From: Candidatus Omnitrophota bacterium
GTDB taxonomy: Bacteria; Omnitrophota; Gorgyraeia; Zapsychrales; JBDRMG01
Assembly: GCA_043812495.1 (NCBI GenBank)
Contig: JBDRMG010000016.1
Location: forward strand, 66,137-130,136
Length of the DNA: 64,000 nucleotides
Direction: 5' to 3'
Part shown: positions 56,454-64,000 of the stretch, piece after piece
Position numbering within the stretch: the first letter of the stretch is position 1
Layout: every line of letters begins with the position of its first letter
Notes under the pieces: model-generated
Told to the model about the DNA's origin: nothing
Database searches by the model: none
Seen by the model: only the letters and a program-made list of their open reading frames with translations
Translations under genes and position numbers: made by a program

Positions 56454-57239
56454 TTATTCCTTCTGATAAGAACCATGACGCTTGATGGCATCCTCGACAT
56501 TTAAGGGTTCAACGTGTTTTTTGGTCTTATCATAGACCGACACAAACGGCAAATCATGAAAATATTTCTTGAGTTTATCCAATTCGTCCTTGGATAAAGG
56601 GGTCACGGCGCAGGTTCTTAAGGGGGTGTTGAGCTCAACCTCGTCGGAATTGACCTCTTTAGCCAAATCGGCCAATAATTGAGCGAACTTTTTGTTTTCT
56701 CGGACAAACATGATCTGCAAGGAAAGTTTTCCTTGAAAATTTGACTTCAATTTTTTTATTCCGTCCACAATTTTTTGAAACGACATAGAAGCAACGGGGC
56801 GATTGATGGCTTCGAGTGTTTCTTGCGAACAGCTATCCAGCTTAATGAGCACATGGTCTGCCAAAAGCAAATCCCGTCGGACGTCCTCCTGATGCATCAA
56901 AGAAGCATTGGTGATCACGGCAATTTTCTCTTTTCGGACGGTACGAAGCGCCTGAATAATTTCACCCAGGTTTTTGGCAAGCGTGGGCTCCCCGGAGCTT
57001 GTCAGTGTCAGATAATCAATTTGGAGATCTGGCAGCTGTTTGATTTCTTCGATAATCTTCTTTGTGGGGACAAATACTCTTCGCTCGTTCTGGGGATTCG
57101 TGGTCTTGCCCAGCTGACAATAGAGGCAATCAAAGTTGCAGGTCTTTCCTTTCTGGGAGATCGGGTCAATCCCCAAGGAAACGCCCAGTCGCCAGGAATA
57201 CACGGGCCCAAAGATATACTGGTAGTGCTTTTGTGTCAT
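56454..57239 (-). CDS. Radical SAM domain protein (small, about 261 aa).
   Basis: CNFDCLYCQ is the CxxxCxxC motif, and GEPTL is a glycine-rich SAM-binding motif. A GGAAG Shine-Dalgarno is present. Specific subfamily undetermined. Confidence 0.7.
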   Translation of the reverse strand: MTQKHYQYIFGPVYSWRLGVSLGIDPISQKGKTCNFDCLYCQLGKTTNPQNERRVFVPTKKIIEEIKQLPDLQIDYLTLTSSGEPTLAKNLGEIIQALRTVRKEKIAVITNASLMHQEDVRRDLLLADHVLIKLDSCSQETLEAINRPVASMSFQKIVDGIKKLKSNFQGKLSLQIMFVRENKKFAQLLADLAKEVNSDEVELNTPLRTCAVTPLSKDELDKLKKYFHDLPFVSVYDKTKKHVEPLNVEDAIKRHGSYQKE

Positions 57240-57252
57240 ATTGCTTCCATCG

Positions 57253-57438
57253 CTATTGCTTAATTCCAAATTTTCTTAAGATATTCATCATCAAGCACCA
57301 ATTGGTAAAGGCTGATTGAAAAAGATTGAAACCCACAAAGGCCGTAAACCATAACCATCGGATATCTATAAAATACGCCAAGGCCACGCTGATTAAAATA
57401 AATGTCCCTGCGATACCCCGCAATGATCTCTCAAGCAT
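57253..57438 (-). CDS. DUF2892/YgaP-like small inner-membrane protein.
   Basis: MLERSLRGIAGTFILISVALAYF... two-helix architecture. Start at ATG 57438, with a GGAGG Shine-Dalgarno. Confidence 0.55.
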   Translation of the reverse strand: MLERSLRGIAGTFILISVALAYFIDIRWLWFTAFVGFNLFQSAFTNWCLMMNILRKFGIKQ

Positions 57439-57445
57439 TTTATTG

Positions 57446-57550
57446 CCTCCTTCAATGAACACATGATTTATGGAACGAAGTGTCCGCCAATTGCATTAAA
57501 GCAATTGGCGAGATCTCGTCAAAACCTTTGATTTTGACGGAACATAAATT
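57446..57550. repeat. C-type hairpin repeat immediately upstream of the DUF2892 start, with internal hairpins GTCAAAATCAAAGGTTTTGAC and CGCCAATTGC-TTTAATGCAATTGGCG.
   Basis: Read directly. The TTATGTTCCGTCAA and TTGACGAGAYCTCGC segments are shared with 36131-36247. Confidence 0.5.
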
Positions 57551-57559
57551 TCTATGTGA

Positions 57560-58837
57560 TTAGAAATTATACCGTACACGCATATAAACGTTTTTATTTT
57601 TTCGAAATCCGCCGAATTCCGTGAAATAATCCTCGCCCCACGGAAGATTGGCTCCGCATGCCACATTCCATTGGTCCGTGACTTTATAGTCAACCGATGG
57701 GCGGACATACCCGTCATGGTCACTTGGTGAATAAAACGTAAACAAGGACGCCGTCACCGTTTGATTCTTAAATAATTTGGTGATCCGATTGGTCAATAAA
57801 TGACGGAATTCGTCAAAACGATAATCGGCGGCCAAAAGATTGTTTTCATAATCATCATAATTCATTTTTTGCTCAAACAGATATTGAAATCCGATTTTCC
57901 AGTCATTTCCCAAATCTTTGGTGTAGCCTGCGAGAACTTTCAACATTGAATTTTCAACAAGACGATTTGTCCCGTCGGTATCTTCCCGAGAATATTGATA
58001 GCCGGTCTCGATATTTCCAATCCCGCCGGCAAACTGCCCGCGGACACTCGCTCCGTAAATATCCAGGCGTTCATAGAAAAGTTCGCGTTTGGCCTCATCG
58101 TGATAACTGCGGGGATTTTTATCAAAACCCCTGAAGTAATAAAAGGCCAACTCATTACCCGCAAGATTCCGGTAAATGCGCAAGGCATATTCATTATTCG
58201 ACAGTCGAAAAGAAGGTGAAATAATGCGCCGTTCGGATTCTCGTCCGGCAATGCCCTGCTCGAAACTGTCAAAGAAAGATACGCGGTCCCCTTCGGCAAT
58301 GGTGTTGGGCGTAAAGTATGGAATGACGACAAAATCGATGTTCGCGAATTTCGGATACAAAGACATTTTAACCGCATCAGAGGGTTTTTTCAAATACTCA
58401 TCTTCGCGTCCGATGTAAAAGGAAACATAATCTTTCGGAAACATATCATTAATAAAAAGATAATCTCCCGTTCCCCATGTCAGGACTTGGCGACCGAGTT
58501 TTACATCCATAAAATCAAAGGGTGTCCATGAGAGGTTGGCTTCGCGGAGTTCAAAATCCGTGCTGGCATTGTTGTATTCATCGACGATGGAATCCCCTTT
58601 AACATTGAAGATTCCGCCTTTTTGGGCAAAATAATTCTCCCCTTCAAAGAAATATTGGTACTTCAGCTGCAGCCTTTGTTCCAGATAATTAAAGTTATCT
58701 CTCTTGGTGGTATCATCACTAACTTTCACGCCATAACCCAATTCCGCAAAACCGTGGATATCCGGAAATTCAGCCAAAGCACAAGTCGGCAAAGCCAAGA
58801 AGATGAAAATGCTCGCAAGAGCAGCAGTTCGATTCAT
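57560..58837 (-). CDS. Outer-membrane beta-barrel protein (hypothetical, porin-like).
   Basis: A signal peptide, alternating amphipathic beta-strand pattern, and a C-terminal aromatic residue (..RVRYNF). Confidence 0.5.
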   Translation of the reverse strand: MNRTAALASIFIFLALPTCALAEFPDIHGFAELGYGVKVSDDTTKRDNFNYLEQRLQLKYQYFFEGENYFAQKGGIFNVKGDSIVDEYNNASTDFELREANLSWTPFDFMDVKLGRQVLTWGTGDYLFINDMFPKDYVSFYIGREDEYLKKPSDAVKMSLYPKFANIDFVVIPYFTPNTIAEGDRVSFFDSFEQGIAGRESERRIISPSFRLSNNEYALRIYRNLAGNELAFYYFRGFDKNPRSYHDEAKRELFYERLDIYGASVRGQFAGGIGNIETGYQYSREDTDGTNRLVENSMLKVLAGYTKDLGNDWKIGFQYLFEQKMNYDDYENNLLAADYRFDEFRHLLTNRITKLFKNQTVTASLFTFYSPSDHDGYVRPSVDYKVTDQWNVACGANLPWGEDYFTEFGGFRKNKNVYMRVRYNF

Positions 58838-59629
58838 TTATTTAATCCATTTGACCGGAGGTTGCCGCAAATATCGTTCCTGAAAAATATCATCCGTTAA
58901 TCCAGCATCATACTGAATGTTCGAAAATTCCATTAACGTTTCTCCGCCGCGTTCAAAATCCGTGGCTTTGGACTGGACAACGGTCGGATAACCGGAAATA
59001 TTTTCCACCTTCAAGGCCTCAATGGTGCGAATCAGCTGATTCTGATCATTATAATATTCCGCCTTTACGGGAAGAAAATTGTTTTGATCAATCCAAATAA
59101 GATAATAAGCAAATTCGACTCCTTGTGTTTCCTTGGGCACGTTCTTGATCTTATAATACTTCTCATTAGTCTCAACCAGTGTATGGGTATCGGCCTGTGT
59201 TCCGCGGCCGGAGACGTCTTCATAGACAAAATGGGATCCTACAAAACTGGAACGTTTGTCACTTGACGCAATGCGACGCACCAAATCGAGCGCCGGCAGA
59301 TACAGCCAACGGTCATCATCCTTGCCGATATGATTCCAGACCATATAAACCATTTTGGCCACATCCGTAGGTTTTAAGAAATAAACATAGAATTTCTGTT
59401 CTTTGCCTTCCTCTATATTAAGGCGCAAGATGCGAAATTCCCGTATGCGCTTGCGTCCTTGCGCATCCGCAATGGTCATCTTAACATTTGATAGGCCGTC
59501 TGTCCCTTGATAATACGCAGCGAGATTCGCCCTGCGGACAATGCCATCAACGGTCAAATTTTGAGCATATCCGTTGCAAGCGGGCAAAATAAACAATCCA
59601 AATAAAATCGCAGAAATTATTCTTTTCAT
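58838..59629 (-). CDS. LolA-like outer-membrane lipoprotein-sorting family protein.
   Basis: A signal peptide plus the pattern YYKIKNVPKE...TVVQSKATDFERGGETLMEFSNIQYDAGLTDDIF typical of this family. It is adjacent to, and co-oriented with, the beta-barrel gene. Confidence 0.5.
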   Translation of the reverse strand: MKRIISAILFGLFILPACNGYAQNLTVDGIVRRANLAAYYQGTDGLSNVKMTIADAQGRKRIREFRILRLNIEEGKEQKFYVYFLKPTDVAKMVYMVWNHIGKDDDRWLYLPALDLVRRIASSDKRSSFVGSHFVYEDVSGRGTQADTHTLVETNEKYYKIKNVPKETQGVEFAYYLIWIDQNNFLPVKAEYYNDQNQLIRTIEALKVENISGYPTVVQSKATDFERGGETLMEFSNIQYDAGLTDDIFQERYLRQPPVKWIK

Positions 59630-59640
59630 TGTTGTCTCTC

Positions 59641-59695
59641 CTTTCAATGAGCCCGCCATTGATTCAGTGGCGGGCGAATTGACCCCGCACCTTTT
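59641..59695. repeat. Truncated A plus B repeat copy: the A hairpin (59652-59674) and the B left arm GACCCCGCACCTTTT (59681-59695), with no right arm.
   Basis: Near-identical to 563-620, including the CTCATTGAAAGGAG tail that supplies the Shine-Dalgarno for the LolA-like gene. Confidence 0.55.
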
Positions 59696-60020
59696 ATCTA
59701 TTCAAACATATTATTGACTTTTTTTTTATTAAAGGAACGGTGGAAGTCAATATAAGGTCTTCTTTCTCGTATAGAGAAAATATTATTGACTGTTCCATTA
59801 ATAAGGAAAAGACCAATAGGGTGAAAGATTTGTCCTAACTTATTGGAAAAGAAGAAAATAGTTAAATTGAAAGAATGGCCCTGAGGTTCTTTCATGCACC
59901 CTAAATAAGAAAGAACCTTTAAATTATATCTCTTTTTAAGAGAAAAATCAATGAACTCTCGCAAGCAGAATGACACAAATATGGATTGGAATGTCTCAAT
60001 CACCGTCGAAGCTAGAAAAA

Positions 60021-61085
60021 CTATTTGGAAGGAGTTGCAGATTTCTGGCGGATGCTGTTGATGGCTACCGAGGTTAGCTGAGAAAGGGTTTTAACGGTTT
60101 CGATGTTCAATTCATTGAGATCGTTGTTTTCGTCTTTTGTGGAAAGATTCAACACGCCCAATACTTTATCTTTAGAAATGATAGGTGAAATAAGAGAATG
60201 CTTGATGTCCGATCGCTTAAGATAGGGCTGCAAGCGGTTGTTTTCGCTTTTTGTTCCATGAACGATAAACGAGGACCGCTCACGGGCGGCTAAGCCGGCA
60301 ATGCCTTCGCCGATTTTAATGCATGATTGCTGGGCAATCGTCCGGTCAATGCCTCTTGAAACGCGAATGGTCAAGTCGCCTTTTTCATCATCGACGATCA
60401 TCACGGATCCGCACTCCGTCTTGGTCAGTTTTAAAGCCGCTTCTAAAAACGTTATCAAAAGTTCATCCACATAAATCGAAGAATAAATGTCTTTGACTGT
60501 TTCCCGAAAATCGCTCGGTAAAACATCTTTCTTAAAGCGCTTTTTGTCCAAATCCTTTTGATGGATCTTTAAATGAACGATGTAACGGCCCACTTCATCG
60601 AGAAGATCCAGAATCGATTTTATTCCGACAAAGGAAAGAACACGAATCTCATTCATGACATCATGAAGGTTCTTGATTTCAATAGCGAGATTCGCGGCGA
60701 TTTTCTTATATTCGCTTTTATCCAAACGTTTATTAAGGACAACGGGGCCGACAATCATATAAGCGATTGGATTTTCGTCTTGCGCGCAAATGGGAATGGC
60801 AAAGCTATGAAGATCAAATTGATAATTATACTCCAGGTAAAATCCGTGTTTCTTGAATTTTTCCAAAAACTTTGAATGTTCGCTAAGTAAATCAAAGCCA
60901 ATCGGCGAAGAGGCAAGAATCTCCCAGCCGTAACGTCCTTTCTGCGGAGGAAGGATTGTTTTTCCTTTTTCGTCGACAATAAAGATATTAATGCGCAAAA
61001 CATCAATGAAACGACTCAAAATCTCAGCCCATTGATCTTTGTCGATGAGTTCTTGCGCTATATGCTTGGGTTGATTTTGTTCCAT
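60021..61085 (-). CDS. GAF domain protein with an N-terminal PocR-like putative sensory domain.
   Basis: C-terminal GAF (GSVMIVDDEKGDLTIRVSRGID...IGEGIAGLAARE). Its ATG overlaps the stop of the upstream regulator (TAATG). Confidence 0.65.
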   Translation of the reverse strand: MEQNQPKHIAQELIDKDQWAEILSRFIDVLRINIFIVDEKGKTILPPQKGRYGWEILASSPIGFDLLSEHSKFLEKFKKHGFYLEYNYQFDLHSFAIPICAQDENPIAYMIVGPVVLNKRLDKSEYKKIAANLAIEIKNLHDVMNEIRVLSFVGIKSILDLLDEVGRYIVHLKIHQKDLDKKRFKKDVLPSDFRETVKDIYSSIYVDELLITFLEAALKLTKTECGSVMIVDDEKGDLTIRVSRGIDRTIAQQSCIKIGEGIAGLAARERSSFIVHGTKSENNRLQPYLKRSDIKHSLISPIISKDKVLGVLNLSTKDENNDLNELNIETVKTLSQLTSVAINSIRQKSATPSK

Positions 61086-62476
61086 TATTGACCTTTTTTA
61101 AATGGAATACTATACTTTTTCATCTTATTGTATAACGTCGTGCGATTAATGCCCAAATGAGCTGCCGCTTTATTGCGATTCCAGTTTGTCTCATTCAAAG
61201 CAGATAGGATGACCTCGCGTTCCGGCTTTTCAAGAATATCTTTAAGAGACTTGCCATTGGTCGCCATAGTCTTACCGGAATCAAACTTGGATGCGTTAGG
61301 GAAATCCCATTTATTCAGAATGTGTGTTTTGGTCATAATCACAGCGCCCTCGATAGCATTTTCTAGCTCGCGCACATTTCCGGGCCAGCTGTATTCCATA
61401 AACAATTTTCTCACCTCATCGGATATGTTTTCAACTGTTTTGTTATTTTTCTTACTGTACTTCTCGATGAAGTACTTACTTAAAGCGTCAATATCGTCCT
61501 TTCGTTCGCGTAACGGCGGCATTTCGATGGCGATCACGTTAATGCGGTAAAAAAGGTCTTCACGAAATGTATTCTCCATAACAAGATCAGCAAGATTTTG
61601 ATTCGTCGCAACGATAATCCGCGCGGAAGTTTTTCGTGTCTCATTTTCGCCCACGCGCTCAAAGACATTGTCCTGAAGAACACGTAAAAGCTTGACCTGA
61701 AGATTCGGAGAAAACGCATCAATTTCATCCAAGAAGATTGTTCCGTCTTTGGCGTATTCAAAGCGGCCAATTTTATCCTTAATGGCTCCCGTAAAAGCAC
61801 CTCTCACATGACCGAAAAGTTCACTTTCTAAAAGCGTCTCCGACAGGGCTCCGCAGCTGACTTCGACAAAGGGTTTATCCGACCGGTTGTGATCCATTTG
61901 ATGGACGGCGGTCGCCACAAGCCCTTTTCCGGTTCCGCTTTCTCCGCTAATCATGACGGTCGCATGCGAGCTTGCGACCGATTCGATGATATGATAAACT
62001 TTTTGCATTTTATCGCTACCGCCGATCATGTCACAAAAAGATGTGCGGTTTGTCTTTGCAATGAGCTGTCGTAAATTGCGATTTTCTTCCAGGATCTCTT
62101 TTTTCTCGATGATCTTTTTGATAATCAGCTTGATCTCATTGTCATTGATGGGCTTCGTGATATAGTCGTACGCGCCTTTTTTCATGGCTTCGACAGCCGT
62201 CTCAATGGTTCCAAAACCCGTGACCAGAATGACATCGACATTGTTATTCTTTTCCTTGATATGAATCAAAAGATCGATACCGCTCATTTTAGGAAGCTTC
62301 AAATCAGTGATGACGATGTCAAAGCTGTCTTCATGGATGATTTTTATTGCTTCTTCCGCGCTTGTCGACATAAACGCCTGGTATCCTTCAATGCGTAAGA
62401 TTTCATAAAGTGAATTACGAATCAAAGGTTCGTCGTCAACGATGAGAATTCTATATTTATTTATTTCTGGCGACAT
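61085..62476 (-). CDS. Sigma-54-dependent response regulator (NtrC family: receiver, AAA+, Fis-type HTH).
   Basis: LIVDDEP..DLKLPKMSG, GESGTGKG, ESELFGH, GAFTGA, and a C-terminal HTH. Confidence 0.85.
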   Translation of the reverse strand: MSPEINKYRILIVDDEPLIRNSLYEILRIEGYQAFMSTSAEEAIKIIHEDSFDIVITDLKLPKMSGIDLLIHIKEKNNNVDVILVTGFGTIETAVEAMKKGAYDYITKPINDNEIKLIIKKIIEKKEILEENRNLRQLIAKTNRTSFCDMIGGSDKMQKVYHIIESVASSHATVMISGESGTGKGLVATAVHQMDHNRSDKPFVEVSCGALSETLLESELFGHVRGAFTGAIKDKIGRFEYAKDGTIFLDEIDAFSPNLQVKLLRVLQDNVFERVGENETRKTSARIIVATNQNLADLVMENTFREDLFYRINVIAIEMPPLRERKDDIDALSKYFIEKYSKKNNKTVENISDEVRKLFMEYSWPGNVRELENAIEGAVIMTKTHILNKWDFPNASKFDSGKTMATNGKSLKDILEKPEREVILSALNETNWNRNKAAAHLGINRTTLYNKMKKYSIPFKKGQ

Positions 62477-63770
62477 GTTCCGGCTTTAAAGGCAATTGAA
62501 TTAAAAATGTTGTTCCTTTGTTCTCTTCGCTATGAATATTGATCTTCCCATTATAGTTTTTGACGATTTCACTCACGATCGTTAAACCCAATCCGCATCC
62601 CTTATCAATATCCTTGGTTGTAAAAAATGGCTCAAAAATCTTATCACTCAGTTCCGATGGAATTCCGCAGCCCGAATCTTTAACCCGTAGGCATAAATCC
62701 CCGTCATTCACATTGGCTGAAATTGTGATCTCGCCGTCTTGCTTAATGGCATCAATGGCGTTTCTCATAAGATTAGAAATAATGCGTTCGATGCCGTAAT
62801 CCATAATTTCAGGAAGATCTTCGTCTAATTTCTTTTCAACAATAATATTCTTATGATAAAGTTCGATCTTGATGTATTCGATCACTTCTTCTATCGCATG
62901 AGCAATATGGGTTTTCTGCAGTGTTGGCGGTGCTTGACGAGAACAGGCCAAAAGACTTTTGACGATATCCACCATACGGTTTAAGCCTTGCTTGGCCTCT
63001 AAAAGATAGCTATAAACAACATCATCATCCTTGATATGATCTAAGGATAAATTAACATAGCGCAAGACCCCATCTAAAGGATTATTCAGTTCATGGGCAA
63101 TGCCTCCCGTTAATTTTCCTATGGAGGCTAACTTTTCCTGCAAGATGACCTGCTTCATCAGCCGGTCGGTGACTTCACCGCTTTTTCCTAATTCAACCTT
63201 AAGTGATTTTGATTCTTTTTCAAGAGTATCGAATTTCTCATAGAGTTGAATACGCCGATAATTGAGAGCCATTTGGCTTGCCAGAAAATCCAATAACTGT
63301 AATTCGTGCTTGCTGAAACGCTCACCGGTCTCTTTATCGGCGATATTGATCACGCCGATCAGCTGGTCTTTAATCATCAGGGGCATACAGATAAAAGACG
63401 GTGTGGTGTATTTCTGCTTTGGTTTATAGTTCTTAAATCGGCTATCGGTTGAAATGTCTTCAACAAAAAGGGCTTCCTTTGCAGCCGCGACTTTTCCAAC
63501 GACATCTTCACCCAATCTTTTAACCAGCTTTTCTTGTTCCGCAATTTCCATGCCTTGCGCAATCTTTAGAATCAGTTCTGTTCCGTCATCATTCAGAATA
63601 AAGATAGAACCTCTCTTGGCCCCAAAAAGATCCATAGTCTTTTTTAAAGAAATTTCTAGTAAATCCCGGGCATTAAGGACTACCGCGACAGCGTTACAAA
63701 TATCCTGTATGCGCTTAAAGAGATCCTCTCGCGTTAATTCTTTTAAATGCGGGTCTCCGGATAGAGTCAT
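62457..63770 (-). CDS. GAF-domain sensor histidine kinase.
   Basis: An N-terminal GAF, then HisKA (IAHELNNPL) and HATPase_c (DSGCGIP..GCGLGL). There is a 20-nt overlap with the regulator start. Confidence 0.8.
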   Translation of the reverse strand: MTLSGDPHLKELTREDLFKRIQDICNAVAVVLNARDLLEISLKKTMDLFGAKRGSIFILNDDGTELILKIAQGMEIAEQEKLVKRLGEDVVGKVAAAKEALFVEDISTDSRFKNYKPKQKYTTPSFICMPLMIKDQLIGVINIADKETGERFSKHELQLLDFLASQMALNYRRIQLYEKFDTLEKESKSLKVELGKSGEVTDRLMKQVILQEKLASIGKLTGGIAHELNNPLDGVLRYVNLSLDHIKDDDVVYSYLLEAKQGLNRMVDIVKSLLACSRQAPPTLQKTHIAHAIEEVIEYIKIELYHKNIIVEKKLDEDLPEIMDYGIERIISNLMRNAIDAIKQDGEITISANVNDGDLCLRVKDSGCGIPSELSDKIFEPFFTTKDIDKGCGLGLTIVSEIVKNYNGKINIHSEENKGTTFLIQLPLKPEHVARNK

Positions 63771-63771
63771 A

Positions 63772-63990
63772 TTATTCCTTTATGCGGACGTCCAAATCAG
63801 CGGCTTTGAGCGTCTGGACGCTTTTAATCATTTCTTTAATCAAGGAGGCAAGCGGATGATCCGGCCTTTGATTCAGAATATCCCGATAGACTTTAATAGC
63901 TAAATCCTTATCCTGCAACTTAGCCAATGCAATCAAATTGATTGATTTAAATATGGATTCGGCCGTATTGGGATGAGGGTATTTTAACAA
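63772..63990 (-). CDS. Small hypothetical protein. Possibly incomplete: the window ends at 64000 and the true start may lie beyond.
   Basis: An ORF 1 nt upstream of the histidine kinase, co-oriented with it. No known domain. Confidence 0.25.
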   Translation of the reverse strand: MLKYPHPNTAESIFKSINLIALAKLQDKDLAIKVYRDILNQRPDHPLASLIKEMIKSVQTLKAADLDVRIKE

Positions 63991-64000
63991 AGACGCGCTC

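Noticed and set aside
1-64000. A CRISPR array.
   Set aside because: The repeats present are dispersed palindromic modules, not regularly spaced direct repeats. No cas gene cluster is present.
1-64000. Mobile elements such as a transposase, an integrase or prophage genes.
   Set aside because: No transposase, integrase or phage structural genes were recognised in any frame.

Overview
This 64-kb window looks like a chromosomal segment from a moderate-GC (about 45%) bacterium, probably an uncultivated anaerobic diderm. The lifestyle inference rests on PFOR, a class II B12-dependent RNR, sigma-54 regulators, lpxB/msbA/asmA, and type IV pilin-like genes. Nearly all genes are on the minus strand; only three are on the plus strand.

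Recognisable housekeeping blocks are:
- metK (5' part), then a PTS-Ntr-type regulatory cluster (ptsI, ptsH, yvcK-like, ptsN).
- Three tRNAs (Gly-GCC, Leu-TAG, Lys-TTT) and the classical frr-pyrH-tsf-rpsB block.
- msbA-like ABC exporter, a Gfo/Idh/MocA oxidoreductase translationally coupled to lpxB, and AsmA.
- PFOR and nrdJ preceded by two NrdR boxes.
- trmB, GT4 and GH65 genes, CcdA, HtpX, a UvrD-like helicase coupled to an EndoQ-like PHP nuclease, and a GAF histidine kinase / sigma-54 regulator / GAF protein operon.

Accessory and unusual content:
- A modular family of palindromic intergenic repeats in four module types (A hairpin, B ~80-bp palindrome, C 'CTTATG..CCATAAG' hairpin, D 16-bp perfect inverted repeat). 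The modules are joined by a conserved 'TCAAT(T)CG' linker and often sit immediately upstream of start codons.
- A tandem pair of ~180-nt structured-RNA-like units with compensatory base changes, ending in an intrinsic terminator, just upstream of a secreted protein made of six dockerin-type calcium-binding repeats.
- A pilus-like locus with a 956-aa PilX-like secreted protein, an 830-bp noncoding region carrying repeated TGTCCAA/TTGGACA palindromes, and a prepilin-type gene.
- A PilZ protein, a PAS/GAF diguanylate cyclase with an AGDEF motif, a MEMO-AMMECR1 fusion, a CPA2 antiporter fused to a PTS EIIA(Ntr)-type domain, a Cas4-like PD-(D/E)XK nuclease, and an HtpX protease with a canonical EF-hand loop.

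No CRISPR array, transposase or prophage genes were seen. All calls come from reading the sequence and ORF translations; no database searches were run.
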